A DNA stretch of 64,000 bases. Origin: Gammaproteobacteria bacterium (GTDB taxonomy: Bacteria; Pseudomonadota; Gammaproteobacteria; JBCCGL01). The stretch covers positions 672,001 to 736,000 of the forward strand of contig OZ255836.1 in assembly GCA_965277715.1 (NCBI GenBank), given 5' to 3'. The notes beneath the pieces are model-generated. The model saw only the letters and a list, made by a program, of their open reading frames with translations. It was not told the origin of the DNA and did not search any database. A program made the position numbers and the translations under genes. This document shows, in pieces, positions 12,214 through 22,692 of the stretch; positions within the stretch are counted from its first letter, which is position 1, and every line of letters starts with the position of its first letter.

Positions 12214-14397
12214 ATGAGTACCCACCCCAATGTCACCACACACGGTGATTTGTGCATTGCCACGCCCTTGTACCAATTTGTCACGAAGCAACTTACCCCC
12301 GGCAGTGGCGTCGATGCGGGTCATTTCTGGCAGTCGTTACAGTCGATTGTCGCCGAATTTGGCCCGCGCAATAAAGCTTTGCTACAAAAACGCGATGCAT
12401 TGCAAACGCAAATAGATGACTGGCATGTGGCCCACGCCGATAAACAACACGACCCGCAGGCGTATAAAGCATTTTTGCAGTCTATCGGTTACTTGGTATC
12501 ATCGCCGCATGCGGTGAAGATCGATACGGATAATGTCGATGCTGAAATCGCCCGCATAGCGGGGCCACAATTGGTTGTGCCGCTGGATAACGCCCGCTAT
12601 GTATTAAACGCGGCCAACGCACGTTGGGGCAGCTTGTATGATGCACTGTATGGCACCAATGCCATCGCCGAAGATAACGGCTGCGAAATTGCCGATAAAT
12701 ACAACCCCATTCGCGGTGACCGGATTATCGACTTTGCACGTGATTTTCTCGACAGGCACTTTGCCCTGGACAAAGGCTCGCACCGTCAAGCGACGGAGTA
12801 CTGTATCGTCGACGGGCAACTGGTGGTGCGCCTGGGAAATGGCAACAAAACCTGCCTGCTAAGGCCTGAACGGTTGGTGGGGTACTGTGGTGATGCGGCC
12901 AACCCTGAAAAACTGCTGTTGTGCAAAAATGGTCTGCATGTCGAATTGCGTTTTGGTGAAGGCTTTTTTATTGGCCGTCGCGATCACGCCAATATCTATG
13001 ATATACAGCTTGAATCGGCCCTCAGTGCGATTATGGATTGTGAGGATTCGGTTGCAGCCGTCGATGTCGACGACAAACTGGAGGTCTACCGCAACTGGCT
13101 GGGCTTGATGCAGGGCACCCTAACGCGCCGTTTTGAGAAAGACGGTAAAACCATTGAGCGTGCGTTAGAGGGGGATCGCGAGTATATAGACCCAAACGGC
13201 AAACCCTTCTCACTACCGGGCCGGAGTATGCTGCTGGTACGTAATGTCGGCGCTCATCTGGACACCGATATGGTGCACTACAAGGGCGAGCCAATTGCCG
13301 AGACGCTGTTAGATACGATGGTGACATCTCTGGCGGCCAAGCATAACCTGCTCAATACCGATCACTACCCGAACAGCCGTAAAGGTTCTGTGTATATTGT
13401 TAAACCGAAAATGCATGGCCCGGAAGAGGTGGCACTGGCGGCAGAACTGTTTGGCCGGGTGGAGGATGCCTTGGGCCTGTCGCGCAATATATTGAAAATA
13501 GGCGTTATGGATGAAGAGCGGCGCACCTCGGTTAACCTAGGTGCCTGCATTGCCGAAGTCTGCTCACGGGTGTTTTTTATTAATACAGGCTTTCTCGACC
13601 GCACAGGTGATGAAATTCACACTTGCATGAAGGCCGGGCCTGTGCTGCCCAAAGAGGAGATGAAATCGGCGACCTGGTTGTCGGCGTATGAAAACAATAA
13701 TGTCGATGTAGGGCTGGATTGTGGTTTTATGGGCCACGCACAGATTGGTAAAGGCATGTGGGCCGCGCCAGATGAAATGGCGGCCATGCTGGAAGGCAAG
13801 ATTCTACACCCCAAGGCGGGTGCGAATACTGCCTGGGTGCCATCGCCAACGGTGGCGACTTTGCACGCCCTGCACTACCACCTGGTCGACGTGATCGCAC
13901 GCCAGCAGGATCTGGCAAAACGCACACGCTCAAACCTTGATGGCATGTTGACGCTACCGCTGTTGCCCGCCAACAGGCAGTTGAGCGAGGATGCGTTACA
14001 GCGTGAACTGGACAACAATGCACAGGGCCTGCTCGGCTATGTGTCGCGCTGGGTGGGGCAGGGAGTAGGCTGCTCCAAAGTACCGGATATTAATAATGTA
14101 CAACTAATGGAAGACTGCGCCACCTTGCGTATTTCCAGCCAACATATCGCCAATTGGTTGTATCATGGGCTGTACACGGAACAGCAAGTGCGCGCCGCGA
14201 TGGAAAAAATGGCGCATTTGGTCGATGCACAAAATGGAGGTGATCCCGGTTATTACCCTATGTCTGATCATTTCGATACCAGCCAACGCTTTCAGGCGGC
14301 ATTGGATCTGGTCTTTAAAGGCTGCGAGCAACCAAATGGCTATACTGAGTTTATACTGCAGGCACGTCGACGCGATGCAAAGGCGGTGGCTGGGTAA
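12214..14397 (+). CDS. glcB: Malate synthase G
   Basis: NAANARWGSLYDALYGT, DCEDSVAAVD, KPKMHGPEEV, MDEERRTS, GCSKVPDI. Confidence 0.95.
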   Translation: MSTHPNVTTHGDLCIATPLYQFVTKQLTPGSGVDAGHFWQSLQSIVAEFGPRNKALLQKRDALQTQIDDWHVAHADKQHDPQAYKAFLQSIGYLVSSPHAVKIDTDNVDAEIARIAGPQLVVPLDNARYVLNAANARWGSLYDALYGTNAIAEDNGCEIADKYNPIRGDRIIDFARDFLDRHFALDKGSHRQATEYCIVDGQLVVRLGNGNKTCLLRPERLVGYCGDAANPEKLLLCKNGLHVELRFGEGFFIGRRDHANIYDIQLESALSAIMDCEDSVAAVDVDDKLEVYRNWLGLMQGTLTRRFEKDGKTIERALEGDREYIDPNGKPFSLPGRSMLLVRNVGAHLDTDMVHYKGEPIAETLLDTMVTSLAAKHNLLNTDHYPNSRKGSVYIVKPKMHGPEEVALAAELFGRVEDALGLSRNILKIGVMDEERRTSVNLGACIAEVCSRVFFINTGFLDRTGDEIHTCMKAGPVLPKEEMKSATWLSAYENNNVDVGLDCGFMGHAQIGKGMWAAPDEMAAMLEGKILHPKAGANTAWVPSPTVATLHALHYHLVDVIARQQDLAKRTRSNLDGMLTLPLLPANRQLSEDALQRELDNNAQGLLGYVSRWVGQGVGCSKVPDINNVQLMEDCATLRISSQHIANWLYHGLYTEQQVRAAMEKMAHLVDAQNGGDPGYYPMSDHFDTSQRFQAALDLVFKGCEQPNGYTEFILQARRRDAKAVAG

Positions 14398-14436
14398 TAT
14401 GATTGCCATTTGCCCGGGTGAATTATGCGAGGGTGA

Positions 14437-16116
14437 ATGGCGATGAAATCATTTGAGGGGAAGTTGCGGCTGGGCAGTGGCATTGTGCTTGCGGTTTATG
14501 TCGTGCAGCATTTGCTCAATCACGCATTTGGTATCGTATCCTTCGAGGCGGCAGAAGCTTTTCGCACCTCTGTCGCGGTGATGTTCCAGATATGGCCGGG
14601 CCAGTTATGCTTATATGGCTCGCTGTTAGTGCATGTCTTCCTGGCGTTAAAGTCCGTTTATATGAAAACCAGTTTGCGTATGCCGCTTTGGCAATGGATG
14701 CAGTTAGGGTTTGGTCTGTCGATATTGCCTTTATTGGCGGGCCATATAATCGGTACACGTGGTATGCACCTGGTTGGGGATGTCGATCCGGACTATTACT
14801 ACGAAGCCACCGCCTTTTTACTCAACCCAATTCTCCTGATCAAGCTGGGTGTGTTGACCGTTATATTGTGGTCACATATGGTCATTGGTCTGCACTACTG
14901 GCTGCGCCTGAAAAAGCACTATGCCGCGTTTGTACCGTATCTTTATGCATTGGTGGTATTGATACCGGCGTTATCTGCTGCCGGTGTTTTCAGCCTGTTG
15001 AAAGGCGCCATGCTGTGGGTGGATGATGCCGACCGTGTGGCTGAAATTTTTGCGGGTGTCCGGGCCATGGACCCTTCGTTGCTGCGTTTTATGCAGGGTC
15101 TTGAAGTGCGGGTGCTGGCGGCTATGGGGGTGTTACTGCTTGCGGTGCTTGTCGCCCGGCAGTGTCGGTTATGGTTTCAGTTGCGCAAAGGTGTGTGCTC
15201 AATTGAGCACAGTAACGGTCGGAGTGTGCGCTTACATCAGGGACAATCACTACTCGAAGCCTTGCGTGTGGCCAATATTCCCCACGCCTCTATATGTGGC
15301 GGGCGTGGGCGGTGTACTACCTGCCGGGTGCGGGTGCGCAGCGGGCTGTCGACGCTGGATGCCCCTAATGACCTTGAAGCGCAGGCGCTATCCCGGATTG
15401 TAGCGGGGGCGGATATACGCCTGGCGTGCCAGATGCGCCCACATGCCAACATTGCGATTACGCCGTTGGTTATGGCGCAGCAATCGCTGAGTGTGGCTTT
15501 GCACGCAGGGGGTGTGCAGGGGCATGAACAGCGCGTTGTTGCGGTATTTGTCGATATGCGCGGCTCCACCAGCATGGGTGAGCGGGTGTTGGCTTATGAT
15601 GTGGTCTTTATTCTCAATCGGTTTTTTACCGAGTTGTCACTGGCGCTCGACGAGACGCACGGGCATTACGCACAATTTGCCGGTGATGGTTTGATGGCAC
15701 TCTACGGCATCGATGCGCAACGTAAACACTGCGCCTGTCAGGATGCACTAAACGGCGCACGCGCCATGTATAAACGGCTCGCCAGGCTCAATCTTCAATT
15801 GCAGGAAGAGTTTGGCGAGCACATTAAAATGGGTGTGGGCATTCATGGTGGTGAGGCGATTGTCGGCACAATGGGGCCGCCGAAAACGCCACTGCTGACG
15901 GCGGTGGGGGACAATATCAATATCGCTGCACGTCTGGAGTCACAAACCAAGCTGCTGGGTTGTGATGTGATTGTCTCCACGGAGACCCTGGCGGCAGAAA
16001 ATATCACCTACCCGGAAGCCAATGTGCAGGATGTCCCTGTGCGGGGGCGCAATGACAATGTCACTGTATGTACCTTGAGTGAGCAGGCGTTGTTAGATTT
16101 GGGTGCAGCGGATTAA
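14437..16116 (+). CDS. Membrane class III adenylate/guanylate cyclase with 2Fe-2S ferredoxin domain (CyaC-like)
   Basis: His-containing TM region; CGGRGRCTTC..RLAC; FVDMRGST, GDG, GDNINIAARLE. Confidence 0.88.
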   Translation: MAMKSFEGKLRLGSGIVLAVYVVQHLLNHAFGIVSFEAAEAFRTSVAVMFQIWPGQLCLYGSLLVHVFLALKSVYMKTSLRMPLWQWMQLGFGLSILPLLAGHIIGTRGMHLVGDVDPDYYYEATAFLLNPILLIKLGVLTVILWSHMVIGLHYWLRLKKHYAAFVPYLYALVVLIPALSAAGVFSLLKGAMLWVDDADRVAEIFAGVRAMDPSLLRFMQGLEVRVLAAMGVLLLAVLVARQCRLWFQLRKGVCSIEHSNGRSVRLHQGQSLLEALRVANIPHASICGGRGRCTTCRVRVRSGLSTLDAPNDLEAQALSRIVAGADIRLACQMRPHANIAITPLVMAQQSLSVALHAGGVQGHEQRVVAVFVDMRGSTSMGERVLAYDVVFILNRFFTELSLALDETHGHYAQFAGDGLMALYGIDAQRKHCACQDALNGARAMYKRLARLNLQLQEEFGEHIKMGVGIHGGEAIVGTMGPPKTPLLTAVGDNINIAARLESQTKLLGCDVIVSTETLAAENITYPEANVQDVPVRGRNDNVTVCTLSEQALLDLGAAD

Positions 16117-16128
16117 TGCATCGTTCAA

Positions 16129-16866
16129 TTAAACCTTGGCGACTTCTTCGAGCAATAAATCCTTGGCCCGGTTAATCTGGCTGGCGAGGTAATTACTGCC
16201 CCCCTTGTCAGGGTGTAATTTACCCATCAGGCGTTTGTGGGTGGCGATAATCTCCTTGCGTGAGGCGCCCACAGGCAGGCCGAGAATTTCCCAGGCATCG
16301 GCTGTGTGCATTTCACTGGAGGCACCTGTGGTCTGCTCACTCCCAGTGCCTGAAGGTTCCCATTCACCTGCCCGTTCGCGCTGTATATAGGCGTTGAGCA
16401 AACGCAGTGCTTCGGGGTCATGCTGCTGACAGTCGGTATAAAACTGTTGTAGTTCTTCGCGCTTAAGCGAACTCAGGGTTCTCCCGGTAAATTCGCCATC
16501 GAGAATCTCACCGTCGATTTCACCGCTGTCGTGATCCAGCGTCATCGCCAGCCAGGCGGTGCGTACATTTGACTGGTTACCACTGCCGGGGTTTTGGCTT
16601 GCGTAGCGGTTGCGTAGCTGCTGTACCATCGGCCAGAAACGCAATAGTGGTAGCAATCGACCGACAAACGGAATCGTCGCACCTACCAGGGCAAACAGCG
16701 CGTGTGCCTTGCCGGTGACCGCTGCCAATACAAATACCCCCGCGAGTACAAACAGAGCTACTTTGATCAGGTAACTACGCCCCTGCTTTTTGACCTTCTG
16801 TTTGCCGAGGTGGTAGATAATCCAGATGCCCGCAATGAGCGCGATGATAAGAATAAGGCGTGTCAT
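16129..16866 (-). CDS. Membrane protein with C-terminal J domain
   Basis: AWEILGL..HPDKGGS..INRAKD; N-terminal TM helices. Confidence 0.85.
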   Translation of the reverse strand: MTRLILIIALIAGIWIIYHLGKQKVKKQGRSYLIKVALFVLAGVFVLAAVTGKAHALFALVGATIPFVGRLLPLLRFWPMVQQLRNRYASQNPGSGNQSNVRTAWLAMTLDHDSGEIDGEILDGEFTGRTLSSLKREELQQFYTDCQQHDPEALRLLNAYIQRERAGEWEPSGTGSEQTTGASSEMHTADAWEILGLPVGASRKEIIATHKRLMGKLHPDKGGSNYLASQINRAKDLLLEEVAKV

Positions 16867-16870
16867 GGGG

Positions 16871-17572
16871 TTATTTTAATTGTTTCAGCAACGCTTGTAT
16901 GGGGGAATTTTGTGACAGGCTGAATTGTTGCAGCGCCTGTTTGCCGCCGGTAGCATAGAGTGCCGCTGCGTTGAGCAGTTGGCCGAGTTGGTCGGCACTA
17001 CTGCTGTCAAACTGGCAATGAACCCCACCGCTGACTTTGGCTAGCTGTGCAAACCCGCTGCTGGCAACGGGATCACGCCCCTCCTGGAAAATAAATAAAG
17101 GGGCATTTAACAGACGCAATTCACCGGCCAGTTTGCCGAGGCGGTCGATATTTTCTTCAATACAATCACCAACATACACGACTGCATTCACTGGTTTTTT
17201 TTGCGTTGCCTGCAAGGCGTGCTGTAACACGCGCTCGATTTGAGTGGCGCCCGCCTCACAGCGCACACTTGACATAAAGCGATGCAGCGTATCCGCCTGT
17301 GCCACCCACGGGGATGATTTGCATTCAGCGTAACCACGAAAATAAACCAATTGAATATCCAGGCCACCGATAAGGCTTGCCTGAACAAACATATCACTTT
17401 GCAGTTTGCGCGCAAGGTGCCAGGTGTGCTCACGGCTGGCTGTGGCGTCCATGGCGAACATCAAACGGCTTTGTGTGCTGTTGCGTTTAACCGGTGGGGC
17501 ACTGGCCAGTTGCGTCAGGAAACTATCAATATGCCGGGCTGTGCTGTTGGTGCGAAGGGATTTATCGGGCAT
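16871..17572 (-). CDS. vWA domain protein
   Basis: FAMDATASRE MIDAS-like motif, VYVGD. Confidence 0.8.
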   Translation of the reverse strand: MPDKSLRTNSTARHIDSFLTQLASAPPVKRNSTQSRLMFAMDATASREHTWHLARKLQSDMFVQASLIGGLDIQLVYFRGYAECKSSPWVAQADTLHRFMSSVRCEAGATQIERVLQHALQATQKKPVNAVVYVGDCIEENIDRLGKLAGELRLLNAPLFIFQEGRDPVASSGFAQLAKVSGGVHCQFDSSSADQLGQLLNAAALYATGGKQALQQFSLSQNSPIQALLKQLK

Positions 17573-17679
17573 TGCTATTGGCGTTTGTCTGTGTGTTGTA
17601 AATCATACGCAATATAACCATTGAATGGGGGATAACATCGGCTAGTATGTGTGCTTCATGGTTATTTTTGAGTATTTTT

Positions 17680-18465
17680 ATGTCTGTATTTAAACGCCCG
17701 GTTTTTGATTTTGCAGGTAAATCGGTATTGGTTACCGGCGGCACTTCCGGGATGGGGGCCGCCACTGCGGAGGCATTTGCACGCAGTGGCGCCGCCGTTG
17801 TGATTGCCGGTCGCAATCGGGCGCGGGCCGATGCCTTGCTGGGAAAACTGCGCTTGTCTGGTCACCCAGCGCATTTTGTCGGCGGTGATATTACAGAGGC
17901 CGGGTATTGCCAGCGGCTTGTTGAGCAAACAGGTGAGTTGATCGGCGCGCCGGATATTGTCGTTAACAGTGCCGGAGTGATATACCACGCGACCGCCGAT
18001 AAGACCACCGATAGGCAGTGGCTGGATACCTTTAACGTCAATGTGCACGGTATGTTTTATGTTTGTCGGGCGGTGGTGCCCGTGATGCGGGATAACGGCG
18101 GCGGTGTGATTGTGAATATTGCCTCTGATGCGGCACTTTCCGGCAGTAGACACCTCGTTGCCTATTGTGCGAGTAAGGGGGCGGTGTTACAAATGACCCG
18201 CGCAATGGCGATTGACCACGGAGACCAGGGGATTCGCGTTGTGGCTGTTTGCCCAGGGGATGTTGATACGGCGATGTTGCGCGGAGAGTTTCGCGACCGG
18301 GGTATCAGTGCCGAACAGGGGTTGGCTGAATCGGCACAGGGGGTGCCATTGCAGCGTGTTTGCTCGGCTGAGGAAATTGCCGATATGGTTTTGTTTGCCG
18401 CCTGCGATTCGGCGCGGTTTATAACGGGCTACCCACTGGTGGTAGACGGCGGCAGCCGCGCTTGA
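17680..18465 (+). CDS. SDR family oxidoreductase
   Basis: TGGTSGMG, VNSAG, YCASK, VDGG. Confidence 0.9.
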   Translation: MSVFKRPVFDFAGKSVLVTGGTSGMGAATAEAFARSGAAVVIAGRNRARADALLGKLRLSGHPAHFVGGDITEAGYCQRLVEQTGELIGAPDIVVNSAGVIYHATADKTTDRQWLDTFNVNVHGMFYVCRAVVPVMRDNGGGVIVNIASDAALSGSRHLVAYCASKGAVLQMTRAMAIDHGDQGIRVVAVCPGDVDTAMLRGEFRDRGISAEQGLAESAQGVPLQRVCSAEEIADMVLFAACDSARFITGYPLVVDGGSRA

Positions 18466-18473
18466 GTGTAATG

Positions 18474-20027
18474 CTACTCATGGCCGCTTTCCCCAGAGTC
18501 ATTATTATCGGGAAAACGCAGCCTGGTAACGCCATTATAAGCCCAGTCGTTATACCGCGTTGTTCCACGTAAGCAGTGCTCGACCACTTGATCGGGGGCG
18601 GTGTAATCCCATTCTGTACGCCTGCCAAGTGCGAGTGTCTTGCGTAGGAATAACCGACGCTTTTGGCTCAGGTTGATATTGTCGGTCAATAGAGACACAT
18701 TCCATTTCCGCTTTGCCAGGTCACGCAGTTGCTGTTGGCCTTGTGCGTAGTCGGGGTTGTCAATGACATTGTTTAATTCCTTAGGGTCTACCTCAAGATC
18801 AAACAACTGCTCTGGGTCTACACCGCTGTAAACGTATTTCATCCGCTGTTTTTTTACCATCAGAATTGGGGCCAGTGCGCCCTCGGCCAGATTTTCGCTG
18901 TAAACCGCTTTGTCCCACGGTGCCTCACCGTTTGCCATACCCCATAAGCTGTTTCCCTCAATTTCCTCAATAAGGTTTGAGGCGCTGTGGTCACCCGCAA
19001 TATCCATCAACGTAGGCAGTAAATCGACCAGTGAAACATCGGCGTCAATACGCTTTTCGGTCAGCATGGGGCCGCTGATAATCAGAGGAATTTTGCACGA
19101 GGCTTCAAAAAAAGATTTTTTGTACCATAAGCCCCGCTCACCCAACATATCACCGTGGTCGGTGGTGATAATGATCACCGTATTGTCGTTCAGCCCGGTC
19201 TTTTTTAGCACCGCTAACAACCTACCGACCATATCGTCAAAATAACTGACTGAGCCATAATAAGCGTGCCGTGCAACGCGTATCTGCTGCGCTGTCGGCT
19301 CAAAGTCTTTTAGGCCATATTGCACGCGCAGGCGTTGGCTGTAAGGGTCGAGTGCATCCATCGCCAGCGTGCCGACACGCGGCATATCGATGTCATCGTG
19401 TCGGTAACGGTCCCAGTGTGTTTGCAGGCACTGGTAGGGGTCATGTGGGTGGGAGAACGAAGCCAATAACAGAAAGGGGCGTTCATCATCATTCTGTGCG
19501 AGGCTATAGATCTTGCGTTCTGCACGGTGGCAGACTTCCTCATCGTATTCCATTTGGACATTGCGCAGGCAAATCCCCGATCCAGTAAAGGTGATCGCAT
19601 TATTGGAATGGCTGGATCGAACCTCGGTCCAATCACCTGTCCAGTTAAAATCAGCGGGGTAGATATCAGTGGTCAAACGCTGTTCAAATCCATGCAATTG
19701 GTCTGCGCCGACAAAGTGCATTTTGCCCACAAGACAGGTTTGATAGTGCATGCCCCGTAAATAGTGCGCGAAGGTTGGAATAGCAGAGGAGAACTCAGCG
19801 CCGTTGTCGTAAGCACCAATAGTGGATGCCAATTGACCGGACATCATCGAAAAGCGTGAGGGTGCGCACAAAGGAAAATTCGTGTAAGCCGCGTCAAATA
19901 CTGCACCGCCTGCCGCCAGTGAATCGATGTGCGGGGTTTTTGCTATGGGATTATTGTAGGCGCCCAGCATACGGGCGGTGAGTTGATCGGCCTGGATAAG
20001 CAAAATATTGGGAGGAGACTGATGCAT
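18474..20027 (-). CDS. betC: Choline-sulfatase
   Basis: PNILLIQADQL, CAPSR, GKMHFVGADQLHGFEQRLTTDIYPADF. Confidence 0.88.
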   Translation of the reverse strand: MHQSPPNILLIQADQLTARMLGAYNNPIAKTPHIDSLAAGGAVFDAAYTNFPLCAPSRFSMMSGQLASTIGAYDNGAEFSSAIPTFAHYLRGMHYQTCLVGKMHFVGADQLHGFEQRLTTDIYPADFNWTGDWTEVRSSHSNNAITFTGSGICLRNVQMEYDEEVCHRAERKIYSLAQNDDERPFLLLASFSHPHDPYQCLQTHWDRYRHDDIDMPRVGTLAMDALDPYSQRLRVQYGLKDFEPTAQQIRVARHAYYGSVSYFDDMVGRLLAVLKKTGLNDNTVIIITTDHGDMLGERGLWYKKSFFEASCKIPLIISGPMLTEKRIDADVSLVDLLPTLMDIAGDHSASNLIEEIEGNSLWGMANGEAPWDKAVYSENLAEGALAPILMVKKQRMKYVYSGVDPEQLFDLEVDPKELNNVIDNPDYAQGQQQLRDLAKRKWNVSLLTDNINLSQKRRLFLRKTLALGRRTEWDYTAPDQVVEHCLRGTTRYNDWAYNGVTRLRFPDNNDSGESGHE

Positions 20028-20142
20028 AGCGTGTGATGTCTTTTGCGTATTGTAAGCGGCGATTTTAACAATTCTGCCCTTGAGTGTCGTTGGTATCTAT
20101 AACGGTTATTTTTATACCATAAAGAATATAATCTGTATTGAA

Positions 20143-20160
20143 AACAGTATAACTACTGTT
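20143..20160. promoter_or_regulatory. Putative TA autoregulatory operator
   Basis: AACAGTA-taac-TACTGTT inverted repeat upstream of antitoxin. Confidence 0.45.
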
Positions 20161-20205
20161 CATAATATAAAATATTTCAGTGTGCAAATTTGTAGGCCAA
20201 GTCTT

Positions 20206-20466
20206 ATGTCATCCAGTATAAAAACAGCCATATCCATGCAACGGCAGTTGTTCGACGATGTAAATGCACTGGCAAGCGAATTGAATGTATCGAGAAGTAA
20301 ATTATTTGTCCTCGCGATAGAAGCGTATATAAAGCAAAGTGAAAATAAAAAAATGCTATCCCAAATAAATGCAGCTTTTAGTGGAGGGGCTGATAGGGTG
20401 GAAACTGAAACCATTACTGCCATGAAAATAAAACAGAAAAAAATTGTAGAGAAGGATTTATGGTAA
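20206..20466 (+). CDS. RHH/CopG-type antitoxin (ChpI/MazE-like)
   Basis: KTAISM..LF....A..LNVSRSKLF; overlaps toxin start. Confidence 0.85.
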   Translation: MSSSIKTAISMQRQLFDDVNALASELNVSRSKLFVLAIEAYIKQSENKKMLSQINAAFSGGADRVETETITAMKIKQKKIVEKDLW

Positions 20467-20813
20467 TAAAACAAGGTGAGGTTTATTGGTTGAACTTAGG
20501 GGAACCTACAGGTTCTGAGCCAGCTCATAAGCATCCGCATATTGTTATACAAAATGATGTATTCAATGCAAGTTTGATCAATACGGTTGCGGTGTGTGCG
20601 CTTACATCAAATGTAATGCGGGCAGGCTCTCCCGGAAATGTTTTATTAAAAAAGGGAGAGGCGAATCTTCCCAAGAGAAGCATTGTCAATATTTCACAAA
20701 TCTACACGGTTAACAAAGTAGACCTTGCTGAAAAAATAGGTATGGTTTCTCCAGGAAAAATAAACGAAGTGATAAAAGGTGTGCAGCTTCTTATTGAAAA
20801 GAGAAGTGTATAG
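20460..20813 (+). CDS. mazF: PemK/MazF family toxin
   Basis: QGEVYWLNLGEPTGSEP..HPHIVIQND..N; ALTSN. Confidence 0.9.
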   Translation: MVIKQGEVYWLNLGEPTGSEPAHKHPHIVIQNDVFNASLINTVAVCALTSNVMRAGSPGNVLLKKGEANLPKRSIVNISQIYTVNKVDLAEKIGMVSPGKINEVIKGVQLLIEKRSV

Positions 20814-20891
20814 AATTGCCATTTTTATCAGTTATGTGAATGGATGGGAACGCCATCTATATAAATTTCGTGAGAACCAAAGAAGTTAGTT

Positions 20892-21653
20892 TTGCTAAAT
20901 AAATTTCAACTGTTTGATAGCCATTTCCATGTCATTGATGATCGGTTTCCGCTTGTTCCAAATAATGGCTATATACCGGGCGTATTTACCTGTGAAGACT
21001 ATCTAAAAAAAACCTCGGCTTACGCATTGTGTGGTGGAGCGGTTGTATCGGGTTCTTTTCACGCATTTGACCAAGGTTATCTGATCGATGCGTTAAAAAA
21101 ACTAGGTTCTGCTTTTGTGGGTGTCACTCAACTGCCGGTAACGGCCACTGATGATGAAATTATCTGCTTAAATAAGGCAGGGGTACGCGCTATTCGGTTT
21201 AATTTAAGGCGTGGCGGTTCTGAGGGGGCTACCCATTTGGCACGAATGGCGCAAAGAGTTTATGAGATTGCTGGTTGGCACGTGGAATTGTATGTCGACT
21301 CAAGGGCGCTTCCTGATTTATACAGCACGCTTATCCGGCTGCCTTTAGTGAGCATTGATCATTTAGGGTTGAATAAATCTGGTTTTAAATGGTTGGTAAA
21401 ACTGGTGGAGCAAGGTGTTAGAGTCAAAGCGACGGGTTTTGGTCGTGTGGATTTTGATGTTAGGGATGCACTTAAAACACTGTATATAGCAAACCCAACA
21501 TCACTCATGTTTGGTACAGATTTGCCGTCGACCAGGGCGCCGAAGCCCTTTACAGATGAGGATTTTATGTTGGTTGTGGATGTTTTGGGTGCTGAGGAGG
21601 CGGGTGATGTATTTAGTAAAAACGCGATTGAATTTTATAACCTACGCAGGTAG
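20892..21653 (+). CDS. Amidohydrolase family 2 (2-pyrone-4,6-dicarboxylate lactonase-like)
   Basis: DSHFH, GVRAIRFN, IDHLG, FGTDLP. Confidence 0.85.
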   Translation: MLNKFQLFDSHFHVIDDRFPLVPNNGYIPGVFTCEDYLKKTSAYALCGGAVVSGSFHAFDQGYLIDALKKLGSAFVGVTQLPVTATDDEIICLNKAGVRAIRFNLRRGGSEGATHLARMAQRVYEIAGWHVELYVDSRALPDLYSTLIRLPLVSIDHLGLNKSGFKWLVKLVEQGVRVKATGFGRVDFDVRDALKTLYIANPTSLMFGTDLPSTRAPKPFTDEDFMLVVDVLGAEEAGDVFSKNAIEFYNLRR

Positions 21654-21720
21654 CGTAGAGTGTTATTAGGTTTCACTCGCGTTATCCAGGTGGTGCATGG
21701 ATTCTGCGCATCTGGAAACC

Positions 21721-21749
21721 GTGTCTGAAAGTGCCTGTCCCTGACACTC
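21721..21749 (+). repeat. Breakpoint motif copy 1 (GTGYYTGAAAGTGYCTGTCCC..)
   Basis: gtgtctgaaagtgcctgtccctgacactc; 27/29 identical to copy at 38973. Confidence 0.8.
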
Positions 21750-21792
21750 GTTTCCGGTTCAGGTGAACAAAGGGCAAGAAATAAAATTTGAC

Positions 21793-21808
21793 CATGTTAG
21801 CTAACATG
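21793..21808. promoter_or_regulatory. Putative Phd operator
   Basis: Perfect palindrome CATGTTAGCTAACATG upstream of Phd-like ORF. Confidence 0.55.
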
Positions 21809-21845
21809 CTCAACATGAATGGTATTAAAGAAAAAGGGAATTGTC

Positions 21846-22149
21846 ATGAAGGAGGTAGCATCAACAGAATTTCAAAATAAAGCCGGGTTGTATTTTGAGA
21901 AATCCGCAAGAGAGCCAGTATTTATTACGCGGTATAACCGCCTCGCCCGTGTTCTCATCGACATCAAAGAATATGAACGGCTGAAAGAAGGATACACGTA
22001 AATCGTTAGCTGTTGAAGATCTCACTCGGGAAGAAATCAACAACCTATCAAACGTTGAATACGGCACAGTTGATCCAAAACTGGAAAAACTACTCGACCA
22101 ACAAGGTGTAGGAAAAAGCCAGAACCACAAACCTAAAATTAGAACTTAG
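21846..22149 (+). pseudogene. Phd/YefM antitoxin, frameshifted, no toxin partner
   Basis: MKEVASTEFQNKAG..EPVFITR..VLIDIKEYERLK stops at 22001; natural continuation DTRKSLAVEDLTREEINNL lies in another frame. Confidence 0.65.
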
Positions 22150-22179
22150 TGGCCGATTGTTTTCAATAGAATCGCGTGA

Positions 22180-22692
22180 TTATTTTTGATTGGCGAACGT
22201 CGAAAGGGGGATAAATAACCTGTTTTGTTCGTTGAGGCACTGTCGTAAACCATGGTGCTGGTAGAAGGCTATAGCCGCATCATTTTTTGCTTCAACGACA
22301 AGCATGTGCACGCCAATACTGGAACGGCTAGCACGCGATGCGGCATCGACCAAAAGAGCACCACCTAATCCTCTACCCTGATAGCGACTGTCAATCGCCA
22401 GGCGCCCTATCAAAACAGAGGGCACATTTGGGTAGCGTGGCAGCCGACTACGCCAATCGTCATCTAGACCATCAAGAAGAACATGGCAGGCTGATAATGT
22501 GTAGAATCCGGCAATCCGTCCACTTGGTTTTTTTGTATCCGTACTTTGCGCAATGAAGGCTGTTGCGATTCTACGCCGAACATCTTGTGTAATTCGTTCA
22601 CGAAAATACTGATTCAGTACTTCTTCACCACAGTTAAAATCTCTCCGATTCTCCTTTTCCAGCACTTTGGTGGCAAAAGCTGCCTGACTCAT
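22180..22692 (-). CDS. GNAT acetyltransferase toxin (TacT/AtaT-like)
   Basis: FNCGEEVLN.YF, GFYTL, LIGRLAID..QGRGLG, AFYQHHG. Confidence 0.9.
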   Translation of the reverse strand: MSQAAFATKVLEKENRRDFNCGEEVLNQYFRERITQDVRRRIATAFIAQSTDTKKPSGRIAGFYTLSACHVLLDGLDDDWRSRLPRYPNVPSVLIGRLAIDSRYQGRGLGGALLVDAASRASRSSIGVHMLVVEAKNDAAIAFYQHHGLRQCLNEQNRLFIPLSTFANQK

